DNA of 64,000 bases from Orbicella franksi (lineage: Eukaryota). Under the pieces are notes generated by a model. The model did no database searches and was not told the origin of the DNA. It saw only the letters and a list, made by a program, of their open reading frames with translations. Positions 9,996-22,962 of this stretch are shown here, one piece after another. The position numbers and the translations under genes are program-made. The stretch spans positions 16,244,001 through 16,308,000 of the forward strand of contig OZ116707.1 of NCBI GenBank assembly GCA_964199315.1, read 5' to 3'. The first letter of the stretch is position 1. The number at the start of each line of letters is the position of its first letter.

Positions 9996-12408
9996 CCTTC
10001 AAAAATTTTTCGGAACACATGCATTTTCAAAATTAGGGAATAACACTTGGATATTCTCCAGTTTTAACTGGGCAATATTTAGTCACATGATGCGTTTAGA
10101 CCAATTGCGTGTGTGCAAAAATAGTTGATGGATTATAATGTTGAATATACATGTAAGTGTTTAATAACCCTTACTCATAATACTGTCCAGGATGTCTGCA
10201 TCAATGCATCCTTTCCCATTCTTTCCAGTTAGACTTTTTCCAATAAGTTCACCATCCTGATAGAAACAGCTGAGCAAAAAGCAGGCAGTTGCCGTGGCTG
10301 TTTTTTTGGAAAACGCCTTTGTGATGTGGCTCTCATAGACGTAGACCCGTTTTCCAGGGAACAATTCTATCATCTGCAAACATTGAAATGTTTGGTAATT
10401 TTTAGAAAGACAGCAATATTAAAAACTCTCTCACCCACTCAGCCATCACCATATTACCTTCTATTCAAAATGTGATAAACAATTAGCTAGAAATTTCCTG
10501 CCACAAAAAAAAAGAATGGCACGATTTGACTGGAGTTCTTTGAGTAGACCATCTACACCATATGTAAGCATAATATCAATCAATCAATCAATCAAATCAA
10601 TCATATCTTTATTTAAACTCAGATTTTTGAGTAGCACACAAAGTGTTGGTATCTCCGACTCATTCTTAAAATTACACTACTTAATACAAATTACACTACT
10701 CAATATTAAAAAAATTATTCTTACCTGATGATTCTCGGCAATTGCCCTGGAAACTTTTCCTGGCCTTGGAGCTTCACCCTGTTGAATTGCATTTGCTCCT
10801 TCCAACCTGCACAGATTGAGTTGCTCTGTGAGTAAGGCATTAGATTGTTTGAATTCTTTTTTCTCTGCCAGAAGATGGTGGCATCTGGCACAGTCTGGCT
10901 CACTCTGTAATCTAGGGCACTTGTTCGATGTTGAACTATGCAGAGGTTTTGTCCTTGGCCTTTTCATCCCAACAGTTGGTCTGTCAAATGTGTGAGGCAT
11001 TGGTCTAACATAGGTGGCTGCTTCTTCGACATCAATATCACTTGTCAAGTCTACACCACTATCATCAAGGTCTGAGAAAAAGGAACACAAAAACTAATTT
11101 TATCAACATGTGAAAACACATTTTTGTTTTTTGTTGCACCAGTTCTGCTAAAGTATACAGAAAAGTCTTAACTTACTATTACTAAAATCTTCCTCCGCAT
11201 AGTCCTCGCCATCTTCATCATCACTCCTGTTTGAGGTTCCTGCTGCCATTCTTCTCAATTTGTCAAAGAGTAAATCATCAGTTGTTCTACTTTTGACTCT
11301 CTTGTTTTGCTGCTTCTCCTTATTGGCCACTTCTTCCCTGTTCTGAATTTCTTTCTCCCTTCTCTCTGGTTCAAGCTTTTTCCTCTGCAGCTCCTTTTCT
11401 TTCTCCTCCAATTCTCTCCCTTGCTCATCAAGTATGACAACTGACTTGTTCAGTTGTGATAACTGACCCAGAAGATTGAAGTCCCTTTCCATCAACTGCT
11501 TTCTTCTTCTGCAGCTTTTCTTTTTTTTTCTCTCTCTCCTCTCTTTCCCTATTGTCTGCTTGTTTTTGTTCTTTGGTTTTACCTTTGGTTGTCACAGGGG
11601 TTTTTTCCTTCTTTTTCCTTGTCTACTTACTGCTCTTGTCTTTTTGGAGTGATACTGATGATGCCCCCCCCCCTTTTTTTTGAACTCCTATCCATTGCAT
11701 TTTTGGTTTTAATCAGCTGCTCTTTTTCTTCTATTCCAAAAAGGAAAGAGACCACAGGCTCAGTACATAATTGGTCACTATTAATTTTCCATTTTGATTA
11801 CTTTTATAGAAAAAGTGCAATATAAGTAATAAATATTGTTATTATTATTATCATCATTATTATTATTATTATTATTTTGTGTTTAAAGAGATGCCTACCG
11901 GTAAATACAAGTCAGGTTAAATCAAGTCATTATATCAAGTTTGCTAACTGAAATTTTGGCATTACTGTAAATAGACCATTTTAATCGTTAATTATTGTGA
12001 GTTTTTTTATTTGCTGTCATACATTTGCAGATTAATTTTGATGAATAGGCCATTTTACAGTTGTGTGCCCAGTTTCCCGGCCTATGAATGCAAGCAAGGT
12101 TGGAGGTGACCTTGCCTTGATACAAACCTCTCTGCTTTTCTCATTTAAATGCAAACTATAGTTAGCATTGGAACAACTTGATTATGACAACAAAAGCAGT
12201 GAGGTCTGAAAATTTACTTTTCTACAGACTGCACAAAACAGTTACTTAATGTTGAGGTGGACCATTACTTCCCAACATATGTTTCTCCTTGTATTGACAA
12301 AACTTTAGGCACAAAATGAAAAAAAACTTACCACTCTCACTAAGTATTACACAGGGGTAGTACTGCTTGTCACTGTACATAGCTTTAGTTGCACCACTGT
12401 CTTCCTTT

Positions 12409-12543
12409 TGTAAAGAGAGGGACGCACACACTTCTGAGTGTAGGTTGAAATGCGTTTTACTCTAATCACGAGACCCTAGATATATCGGTATCTCACAATC
12501 ATTTAAGTGTGAATCAAGTCCATCAGCAGCGTATATTGTAACA
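12409..12543 (-). repeat. 3' LTR (135 bp, TG...CA)
   Basis: Minus strand reads tgttacaatatacg...ccctctctttaca; PPT immediately upstream at 12544-12555. Confidence 0.9.
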
Positions 12544-12736
12544 TCTCCCCTTTTATAACGAGCTTAATTAGAACTTAATTTTCCACTGTGGTATAGCAAT
12601 CGATATAAAACGGTAAAAAATTATATATATATATAAAAAAATCAAAGTCACTGTTCTGAGCCTAGTATGCGAACTCTAAAGTCCTTGAATTGAGTGTTCA
12701 CGTTTGTAAGACTAGTTTGCGAACTTTAGAGTGTCT

Positions 12737-15700
12737 TTAGCACATGTAATCCTGAAACTGTACAGGTTTCTTAATGGTCCTGGAGCTTGTTCTTGCTGCT
12801 GGTGCAATTGTGCTGGCTGCAAGGTCTGTGCTTGCTGACAACGTGGAAGTTTGTGGTACTGCACTTTCAGTTTTAGGGCTGTCTTGCTCTGCTACGTGCT
12901 CAGACTGAGATGGTTTGATTGCCTGTCTATTGCGGCGTAGCACTTCCCCTCCACTTGTTTCTACTAGGTAAGACCTGTCTGAGAGTTTCTGCAGACAAGT
13001 CCCTGCCTCCCATGTCTTGCCTCTGTGAGTAGGCGCAATACGCACTTCTTGGCCAATGTCGAGGTCTGGGAGTTCTTTGGCATTCTTGTCGTGGTAGCTC
13101 TTGGCCTTCTGGCGTTTCTGGTGTATCTTTTCTGCTACTCCTTCAGTAACTTCAGGATATAGCAGGTTGGTTGCTATGGGGACCAACGTCTTCGTTCTTC
13201 TTGACATGAGCCTTTGCACTGGACTTGAATGTATACCAGCTGTGGGGGTATTTCTGTAATCCAGCAAACTTAACCAGGGGTCTTTCTTGTCTTTCAGGGC
13301 TTTCTTGAAGAGTCCTTTGACAACTTTTACAGCTGACTCTGCTTTGCCATTGGACTTGGGATGATAAGGTGACGAAGTGACATGTAGAAACTCCCACTGT
13401 TTCGCGAACTCTGCAAATTCTTTACCGGCGCACTGCGGTCCATCATCTGTGACCAAAACATCTGGAATGCAGTGCCAGCTGAATTGCACTCTCATGAACT
13501 TGATAATGGCTGCAGATGTTGTCTCCCCGAGAGGGCTGACTTCGGAGTCGGAGTAATAGTCCACTAGGACGATGTAGTCTTTGGACTTAAGAGTGAATAA
13601 GTCTGCTGCCAGTCTACTCCATGGCCTGTCAGGAATCTTGTGAGTCTGCAGTGGCTGTTGGGGGTTGCTGGCTTGAAATTCAGCACACACTTGGCACTTA
13701 GTAACAGCCTCTTTGATATCACTGTTCATGGCTGGCCAGTAAGACACGATCTCTCGCCTTTGTCAAGCAAGCTTCTATTCCAAGATGGCTGGAGTGTAAT
13801 CGTGATATCACCTCAGGTCTTAGTGCACGAGGAATGATAACATGTTGACTCTTAAAGAGTATCCCATTGTGCAATGTAAGATCTTCGCGAAAGTTCCAGT
13901 AGTCCCTGATGGAAAAAGGAACTTGTTCCCTTGTGTCAGGCCATCCCACCAGTATGGTGCTCTTGAGGGTCTGCATTACAGGATCTTGTTCAGTGGCTTT
14001 CTGTACCTGGGCTAGTCTTTCGCTGGTAATCTTGACTGTGTCTAATGGGTTGATTTGTTCCAGTTCTAGAGCAAACATCTGGAATTCATCATGAGACTGG
14101 TCGCCTTGATCTTTGAGGTAGGCTCTTGACAGGTGGTCTGCGACATACATTTGGGAACCTGGCTTGTACTGCACGTCGAGGTTGTACCGTTGAAGTCATA
14201 ACAACATTCTCTGTAGTCTGCTTGGGGCTGCTAGCAGAGACTTCTTAAAGATGGATTGCAGTGGCTTATGATCAGACTCAACAGTGATCTTCTCTCTTCG
14301 TGTGATGTACTGACTGAACTTTGAGCAGGCAAAGATGATGGCTAGGCATTTCTTCTCAATCTGGGTGTACTGCTGTTCCACTTGTGAGAGAGTTCTGGAT
14401 GCAGATGCAACTGGTTGGCCATTCTGCAACAGGGTGGCTCCAAGACCCTTCTCGCTAGCATCACATTGTATGGTTACTTCTGAATTCATATCATAGTATT
14501 TCAGCATGGGGTGTCTTGTAACCAGTTTCTTGATCTCTTCAAAGGAGTCATCGTGCTGTTTTGTCCCGATAAACTTTGCATCTTTGACGGTCAGTTGACG
14601 TATTGGCTGAGCAATCTCTGACAACCGTGGGAGGAACTTGGCCAGGTAATTGACGAATCCAAGGAGACTGAGTGCTTGTTGTTTGCTGGTAGGTTTGGGC
14701 ATCTCACTTACAGCGGTCACTTTGTTTGGGTCAGGTTTGAGGCCTTCACTGGAGAGGACATGTCCCATGTACTTGACTTCGGGTTTTCTGAGGTTCAGCT
14801 TCTTGCTGTTAAACTTTAGGTTGACATCATGCACACGTTTCAGTAGTTTCAGCAAATTCTCGTTATGCTCTAAGGTAGCTTCATCCAAAGTATCACTGGA
14901 GCCTATCACTAGAATGTCATCTCGTAAGACTTCCACACCCTGCAAGTCATTTAGGTGTTCATGTACCTTGCATTCAAACTCTTCCGGTGCTGCATTAACG
15001 CCAAAGGGCATGCGGAGGTATCTGTACCAGCCGAAGGGTGTCCAAAAGGTGGTAAGCTTGCTGCTTTTCTCGTCTAAGCTTATCTGATAGAACCCATCTT
15101 TGGTATCTAGGGTGGTGAAAACCTTGGCCTTGCTTAGCTTTGGGAGTACTTCCTCCAAAGAGGGCATTTGGTATTTCGGGCGTTTTACAGCTTTGTTGAG
15201 ATCTTTGGGATCTAGACAGATTCTGATCTTTCTAGACTTAACAACAACAACCATGCTGCTAATCCAATCGGTCAGTTCTGTTTCTTTCACTAGGATGTTT
15301 TTCTTCTCTAGTTCTTCTAGTTTTGCTTTCACCTCTTTGTGTAGCGTGACTGCAATTCGTCTGGGTGCATGATGCACTGGCATGACGCCTGGGTCAACTG
15401 TGAAGCTTGTTTTTCCAATGTGACCGAGGCCTTCAAAAACGTCTTTGAAGTCATTGAGAATCTTTTCTTTGGTGAGCTTGGGCTTGTTTTCTTGAATAGT
15501 GTTGACTTGTGCCACCGGGTCACAGTTTATCTTCAACAAACCCAGGGTTTCACAGGTTTCTGCGGACAATAGCGGCTTGCTTTCTCCTTCTACAACTTGA
15601 AACTTGAGCGTGTACTGTTGTTTGTATTCGTGGCGAACTTTGAGTGTCACTTCGCCGAGTGGTTTCATCATGGAACCATTAAACAATCAGAGCCTCACTT

Positions 15701-15950
15701 TGCTTGTTTGCAGAGCTGGATTGCCATCTTGATTGATGGCTGACAGATCATGATGAGATAGCACATTGCATGTTGCTCCTGTGTCAAGCTGACATTCCAA
15801 GGTCGTCTTGAAACGATCAGTCACGTCTGTAAATTCGAGCGCAGCAAAAAGCTGTTTCCCTTTGGCTTGCACTGATGAAACTTCTTCGACTTTGAAGAAA
15901 AATTCATCAGATTCTGTTTCCGACGTTTCTGCTTCCGACGAGTCTGAAAT
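12737..15950 (-). pseudogene. pol: Gypsy pol (protease, RT, RNase H, integrase) with two in-frame TGA stops and one frameshift
   Basis: LDTGATC protease; YLRMPFG and LRDDILV RT; QCDASEKG RNase H; HLGIEAC and LAADLF...HVTSSPYHPKSNGKAESAV integrase; stops at 15687-15689 and 14196-14198; frameshift near 13750. Confidence 0.93.
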
Positions 15951-15955
15951 CAAGA

Positions 15956-16093
15956 TGTTACAATATACGCCGCTTCCGATGGATTTGATTGACACTTAAA
16001 TGATTGTGAGATACCGATATATCTAGGGTCTCGTGATTAGAGTAAAACGCATTTCAACCTACACTCAGAAGTGTGTGCGTCCCTCTCTTTACG
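15956..16093 (+). repeat. 5' LTR copy, in inverted orientation (138 bp)
   Basis: Reverse complement of 12409-12543 apart from a 3-bp indel and a few substitutions; terminal CA changed to CG. Confidence 0.9.
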
Positions 16094-16105
16094 TGGTGTC
16101 AGAAG
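16094..16105 (+). promoter_or_regulatory. Primer-binding site (tRNA-Leu type)
   Basis: TGGTGTCAGAAG directly after the LTR; complementary to the 3' end of tRNA-Leu(CAA). Confidence 0.8.
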
Positions 16106-16195
16106 AGTAAAGTACGACAAGCTCTAGCTAACCACCTCCTTAGGCACGAAAGTTGTAGTACCACTACACAAGTCACAAGAAGGCCGTTCGCCGAA

Positions 16196-17044
16196 ATGCC
16201 TGATCCGCCTGCAATGTCCGGCACCACCACACGTGCTCTCATGTTCACATTGAATTTCCCAGTACCTGCCCCGATGAATGTCAAGGGTGATCCAGTGAAC
16301 AACTGAGAATTCTTTAGGTAGCAATGGACAGACTATGAAGTCGCCACTGGCCTTGACCAACAGGAGCAGAAGATACGACTTGCCACATTCCGCTCTGTGA
16401 CTTGACGCTGAACAAGGTAACACCGAAGCGTGTATTCAAGCCTTAGAGGCATACTTTAAGCCTAAGAGAAATGTGGTTTACGAGCGGTATCAGTTTAACA
16501 TGTGCACCCAGTCGCCCGAAGAAACCATAGATAGCTTCGTGAACTGATTGCGAAAGGCGGCTTCTACTTGTCAGTTTGGAACACTGACAGAAGAGTTAAT
16601 TAGAGATCGGCCTCAAGGATCACTCCACCAAATTACGACTCTTGAAAGAGGAAAGCTTATATCTAAACAAGGCGCTCAATATCTGCTGTTCAAACGAAGC
16701 TGCAAACCAGCAGTTGGAAGCTATGAAGCCAGATGAAAGGAAAGCCACAGAGGAAGTTTGCGTTGTCAAGAATCGCAACGATAAGGATCGTCACAAACAG
16801 AAGCAAGCCACGCCTACCACCTAATGGCAAGAAGAAAACCAGAAACGACACGAAACGATAAGATGACGTGGCCAAACAAAAGAATTATCAGTGCTTTAAC
16901 TGTGGAAGCAAACAGAAACACAAGCTTGAAAGTTGTCCTGCCTTTGGAAAAGTATGCAAAACATGCAATAAACAAAACCACTTCGCGTCAGTCTGCAGAT
17001 CAGTATCACGCACATCGCAAGTTAAACAGATGGCATCGATTTCA
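16196..17044 (+). pseudogene. gag: Gypsy gag (degraded) with two zinc knuckles
   Basis: MPDPPAM...NFPVPAPMNVKGD..QWTDYEVATGL; CFNCGSKQKHKLESCPAFGKVCKTCNKQNHFASVC; several stops and frameshifts. Confidence 0.85.
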
Positions 17045-17760
17045 AATCCATCAGAAGCGGCATATATTGTAACACCTTTGTTACCTGGTTTTCCTTCACT
17101 ACAGTCTTTATATTATCCTCGATGAACTGGACCAGAAAATATCCTTCAAATGGATATCCATATCTTAGTACAAAAAGTTTCAAATAGTTTACAATGCTAT
17201 ATCACAGTGGAAGCATGCAGTTACATAAGCTTATGTTTGAACAGTAGAAAAACAGTCACAGCCAGTCCTCTTTCATCTTTCAGCATATGGTGGTAGTTCC
17301 CCACAATCAAATGCTGAAAATTTGGCTTTCTTATTTACTGATCTTACATGGAATTTTAATACAACAGAGCAAACTAATTTGTAGGCTAAAGTACTTCATA
17401 AACGTTCTGGCTGCATGGTGTTAGGGGATTTGAAAACTACTTGGTTTTGTATAGAACACAATTATATAACGAAATAACTTACTTGCTTCGCCATACTTAA
17501 GTGATGGGGCTGTTTTCCTTTTGTCTTTCCCTGTAGCACTCATATTCTACACAATAACTCAAGCATAAAATACACGTATTGTTCTTGCAAACAGTCTTGA
17601 ACAACTTTGAGTGCTCGAGCAATGACCCAAAGTTCCCGCCTAAACCAGAAACCTGACCAAATAAGGCAACACATAAAATCCCGTATGTTGTGCAACCATG
17701 CAAAGATCAGTGGTAAATCTAGCAAAGTGACATGCGCTAACCAATCAAAAGATCTGAAAG

Positions 17761-20700
17761 ATGGTGGAAGGCCAAGATATCTACGATGAAAGTAAGGAAA
17801 GTCCTTCCACTTCTGTGGCTAGTTCTTGTAAAAAAAACGGGCCTTACAACCAGTATCTTTCTTAGCCAGGAGCGAAGATTCCGCAGACAACTTTGAAGAA
17901 ATGGCCAGAAAAAAGCTTTGCGACTACTTCTACATCAGAGGATGATGCAAGCTTAGTAACGATATCAAATTCAAACGCTACCTGCAGGAGGAGCTCTTCA
18001 ATTGCTATCGACTACATGGAAACAGCTTCTGCTGCACCAGACTGATCTTTCTTCCGAAAGAGCTTTCTCTGAATTTCCTTTCAACGAATACGAGGCAGAT
18101 GATGATGACAACGAACAGACCTTTGACTTCGAGACTCATGATTGAAGTGATCAATCCAACCTTCTAGAAAGTGAAGAAATTATAATGCCCACGGAGTCAG
18201 AGCAAGGCACTATATGCGCAGGTGAAGATGGACAGGACAGCGTTGAAGAATATCTTGACGCTCTTATTTCTGGTGAAAGTGCCAACGACCAAAACACTGA
18301 CCAAGAGGAGAAAAAGTTTGCAGATGTTCCCTTGTCTGATGGGGCACCCATTAGTGTGGCATTCAGCATGTTGCTAATTGTTACCTTCGCAATTCAACAC
18401 AGTTTAACCAGACTTGCGATTGTTGATTTGTTAACGCTTGTGAGCCTCCATTGTGCCTTGCCAAATCAATGTGCTTCTTCAATGGACCTTCTTCAGAAAT
18501 TTTTCATGAGATTAAAGAATCCCATCCAGTTTCACTACTATTGTACTTTTTGTATGGAATATCAAGGATTGTCAATACCAGAAGATAAATTGTGTAGAAA
18601 CAGATGCTGTTTGAAAGACCTAAGCAAGAAAGAGGATAATTCTTACTTCATTATTATTCCACTTATGTGCCAGTTGAGGGATCTAATTCAAAGTTAGTGA
18701 TGCTAATTTATCAGCAGTGTAACTTTGTTTTAGTATTTTAAATATTTTGAGTATTGTAAGTGTTTGCAAATACACTTAAAATACTAATTATTCTCTCTGA
18801 CTCTTTGACTCCATTTCTGTCTCTCTCCTTCTATCTTGTATGCATTTCAAAGGCTCTGGTTATAATATTAGCTTACATTGTATATAGTTGTCCTCTAACC
18901 TTGCTGCAATTGTGGCATACATTGTTGTTTAGAGGCTGACATTCTTGATCTACTTAAATATCCAGTCACAAGAAAGAAGAGCCATTCAGATTGCATTGAG
19001 GATGTCCAGGATGGACTGCTGTAAAGAAAGCATTTTGTAAGTGATGGTTTTTTCAAGGGTGCTTCTGATGACAAAAAGAAGAACAAACTCCACATAAGCT
19101 TTCAGATCAACACTGATGGGGTAGCTCTTTTCAGGTCTTCTAAGTACAGCATTTGGCTTGTTGTGAATGAGCTTCCACCAAACTGCAGGTACAAGTACAT
19201 GCAACTTTGGTTGAAACTATATTTTTAAGAGTAAGTTTACAGTTATACCTACCCTGCAATTTTGGATTCACCTCTTTACAAATAGAGCAACTTTATTGGT
19301 CTTATGCCTTTTGCTTACAATTTCATTGTCATTTGTCTGTATTTCTTCATGTACTGTTAATAGATTTGCGGGAAATCAAACACTTTAACTTCAGGATTGA
19401 TGCAAATGGCAGGTCAAATATGATAACATTCAAATGTCCACTAACACACTTGTCTCCTCCCACAAGCAGACACCAAACCATGGTCCTAGCAATTTCTTAT
19501 CTTAAACACAACATTTTTAACCTCCTGTAACCAGAAACAGACAACTTTTTTAGGCTAGTCAGGGGATACAATAACCTCCCATGAGAGATGGTAAAACAAT
19601 ATCAAGATACTACAGAAAATTATTTTTATCATAACCTTCTTGTTAACAATACACATATATTATTTGTTTGGAAGGTTTGCAAGATCCAATAGCATTTTTC
19701 TTGGATTGTGGTTTGGTTATAAGAAACCAGATTTCTTGACATTTCTGCAGCTCTTGAGCAAAGAATTCCAAGATATTTACTCTAAAGGTACGTTTGGTAT
19801 ATCACTGTTCACTGGTCTGTATATCATTGTTCTTCTTTTCTTTTAATGTCTAAATACATGGACTTCCTCAAGAATGGGTAAGAGGTTACAAAATTTTACC
19901 CAACTGAGTGCTCAAGAAATTGTCTCTTGATGAGATATTCTTGATTGTAAGAGACATGTTGCTTCAAGTTCAGTTGATAATATATAATCAATCCTTTTTC
20001 ACAATGACTCTTGGAAAAAAAGTCTTTTCAGAATAGGTTTTAAGGGTTACATTTGCGAAAGTTGGATTGATTTTTCACTTCCGAGGTGGTTACCAAAAAA
20101 ATTGTACAACAGAAACAGGTAAAAGCAGTTTCAGTAGTGGCAATGCCTTGATAATTCATCAAAGTTGCCAAAGCTATGACGTTATTCCCTAGTTTCTTAA
20201 ACTTTGGGCATTTTACATTTTACAGGTGTCAGTTTATTATTCTATTAGATTTTAACTTTATGTGAATAGACTAATTCATTTCATAAATTTAAATTTATCA
20301 TGAGGTTTTGGACACTATCAATGCGATCATCAAAATTTATGCCCAGTGGCACATACATAGCACAGTGTGGGGTGAAATTTGTTATTTTTATTCTACATCT
20401 AGTCTTGTTATTCTTGCAGGTATGGCGATTACCAACAACGAAGGGAAAGACCTCACAGCAAGAGGAATTTTGTTATGTGCTACGATGGATGCACCAGCTA
20501 AGTGCTTAATGCAAAATTTTGTGCGGTACAATGGTTTTAGTGGGTGTCCTTATTGCTTGGAGCAGGGAACTAGTGTGAAGACAAGTGCAAAAGTTCACAC
20601 ACATGCATATCCATTTAACAGAAAAAGTCTGCATCAGGGTTATGATGCAGACCGCAGTCATGAAAACACTCTGCAGCACGCATATGAGGCCCATAAGTCA

Positions 20701-22004
20701 AAACTAGAGGGGAAGTATTCACCAGTTTGTGGTGTCAAAGGGTATTCGTGGTTTATGTTTATCCCTGAATTTGACATTATCAAAGGCATTGCAGTGGATT
20801 ATATGCATTGTGTTCTATTGGGAGTTACCAAGATGCTTATGACATTGTGGTTTGACAAATCACATGCAACAGAATGTTGGAGCATAAGCAAACAAGAGGA
20901 AGAGGTTGACAGGCGGTTGTTAAATATTACCCTACCAAATTGTATTTCAAGGGTACCTAGGAACATCACAAAAGATTTTGCTCATTGGAAAACTTCAGAG
21001 TTTAGATCCTTTCTTTTTTTTTTACAGTATCCCATGCCTGTGGAACATTCTACTAGACGAATACTTCCAACATTTTATTTTGTTTGTTGAAGCAATTTAG
21101 TTATTAGATCAAAGCTCGATCTCACCACAGTGTTTGAAGAAAGCTGGTAATTTGTTGCGTCACTTCTGTTTAAGAATTGAAGCCTTATATGGACGCTGTT
21201 ATGAGACATTTAATGTTCATTCTCTTATACATTTGCAAGATTGTGTCAAGAATATAGGTCCTTTGTGGGCTTGTTCTTGCTTCTGGTTTGAAGATTACAA
21301 TGGTGATTTGAGAAAGTTATTTCATGGAACACAGAAGGTGGAACTGCAGATTGCATTTTCTGTTTGTAGACAGCAGAAGATCCCAAAACTAATACCTCTA
21401 CTACCGTACGGCTCATCCAGTAAAGAGTTTTATGAGAGCATGACATGTGGTCAGCACTTATTATAGTGCAAACATGAGGAAGTATCTCACAATTTATTTG
21501 CACTTGGTGTGATGTCTCCTGCTGTGTTGAATGCAACCTTAACAAGTTCCATTGAAAGCAAATTAGGCCAAATATCCAATGTTTTCATATTTAAGCGAAT
21601 TCAGATTAATAAAGATGTCATTCATAGTAAACTCTATCTAAACATTTCATGAAGGAACAGTTACACTGTTTATGTGACTGATGCTGGATTTGTCGAAGTG
21701 AAATTTTGTTAAGTTAGATATTAAGTGTCCAAATAGTTTATTCTGCTCTGATGCTTACACCTGCAAGGTCCCACATTATTATGGCATTGCGGATTCCTGT
21801 TTTAAACCAGCTATGGACATTATAATGTCCTCTGATCAGTTCATGGACTGTAAGCTGTGTCACATTATTCCAGTAAGGAGGGTAGAGTGCAATAATGTGT
21901 TATTTCCAATAACAAGTGTAGAAGCTCTATGTGTCCTTGTGGATTGCAGTCATAGCCAATGCATGTTTGTCTGCAAATTACCAAACAGGTATGAGAAGGA
22001 CTGA
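17761..22004 (+). pseudogene. EnSpm/CACTA (Tnp2-like) transposase, multi-exon, degraded
   Basis: GPYNQYL..IPQTTLKKW; FHYYCTFC; TDGVALFRSSKYSIW; LCATMDAPAKCLMQNFVRYNGFSGCPYC; DYMHCVLLGV; AHWKTSEFRSF; FNVHSLIHL..IGPLWACSCFWFEDYNG; numerous stops. Confidence 0.88.
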
Positions 22005-22614
22005 ACTTTCATGAAAAGTAATAATTACAGTGACAGCAGGGACCGAAATTGACTTTTGATTTGCAGTTGTATTTTGAAAGGAACCCAGGTGTGGTCTGCT
22101 TTGTGTCTCTTAGTCAGTTGTATTATGGTATCGTTATTAATAGTTAAAATCGAAAAAAAAAGAAAACATTAATAAGTGAAGCGAATAATGAGTTGCTTGT
22201 TAAAACATTTGACAAGAAAGATGGACAGTGTTGTACTGGTAATTTGACGTTTCAATGCATCAACCATCATTCTCAAGACTGGGGTCATTAATGCTAATGT
22301 CAAAGTTGTTATTTACGAGTTGAGTTTGAAATAGATTGCATTCCAGTATGCGTGGATTATGTAAATGCACTAATCATCAGAGAATAGCTTCGCGCAGACA
22401 GAATCAGACTGCACATTGAGTGATGGTTTTAGTTTTTTATGAATAGTATTTATTTATTAGGCAGTCTAATTGATTGCTTAATTGAAGTAATTGCTACAAC
22501 TTATTTTGTAAGTGTTGATGAAACATATTAAATGTTAATTAATTGCCTCTTTATATATATACTTAATCAGCTGTGCTTATTGGTTTGAAAAATTTCTTTT
22601 CTTCATGTTTTATG

Positions 22615-22835
22615 AAGAAGTATACTAAAAGTATACTTCACTTCGAAAAAAAAAAGTTTGAAGTACACTGAAAGTATACTTCCCTTGAATCGCATAAAAA
22701 AGGGAATATACTTCATTTGCACTTTTTTATTTTGGAGTGTAAATGAAGTATACCTCTAGTGTACTTTTTCAGTGGGAAGTACAAATGAGGCATACTTGAA
22801 GTATACTCAAAGTATACTTTAGTGTACTAATTTTC
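22615..22835. repeat. Right subterminal AAGTATACTT-type array (EnSpm)
   Basis: aagtatact motif repeated up to the GGG terminus. Confidence 0.85.
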
Positions 22836-22962
22836 TGTGAGGGAGGACATTTGAAATCTTCAAACCCACCGTTTTCAGGAAGGTAGAAAAGCTCATCACA
22901 CTCCAGCCCGGTTACCAAGACTAAACATATTCAACTATGCATGACCCCACGCGGTTTCACAC

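Larger units (their letters stand above)
12409..17074 (-). mobile_element. Gypsy LTR retrotransposon with internal inversion of the 5'LTR-PBS-gag block
   Basis: 5-bp TSD CCTTT (12404-12408, 17075-17079). 3' LTR on minus 12409-12543 with PPT aaaagggggaga. Pol on minus. Full LTR copy on plus 15956-16093, followed by PBS and gag on plus. First 33 bp of the LTR on minus at 17042-17074. Confidence 0.9.
8970..17543 (-). pseudogene. Multi-exon BEN-domain accessory gene of the EnSpm element, disrupted by the Gypsy insertion and homopolymer frameshifts
   Basis: Exon 1 17543-17483 (MSATGKDKRKTAPSLKYGEA). Exon 2 17143-17075 plus 12403-12332 (RYFLVQFIEDNIKTVVKENQVTKEDSGATKAMYSDKQYYPCVILSES). Charged/coiled-coil exon ~11735-11175. 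Exon ~11070-10725. BEN-like exon ~10376-10172 (TATACFLLSCFYQDGELIGKSLTGKNGKGCIDADILDSIM). Last exon from ~9096 (YTRKKFPESSDSIIKISLRNK). GT-AG borders. The BEN call is by motif. Confidence 0.75.
8610..22843. mobile_element. EnSpm/CACTA-superfamily DNA transposon (~9.6 kb without the nested Gypsy), two genes
   Basis: CCC...GGG imperfect TIRs (cccttgcaggaattcagta vs ccctcacagaaaattagta); 2-bp TSD AG (8608-8609, 22844-22845); palindromic AAGTATACTT arrays at both ends; Tnp2-type transposase inside. Confidence 0.85.

Noticed and set aside
11480-11700. Programmed frameshifts in the EnSpm BEN exon
   Set aside because: The shifts fall in long homopolymer runs; slippage mutation or sequencing error is simpler
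12409-16093. DIRS-type element with inverted terminal repeats
   Set aside because: The repeats are TG...CA LTRs with PBS and PPT, the element has a DDE integrase and protease, and there is a 5-bp TSD; an inversion explains the orientation
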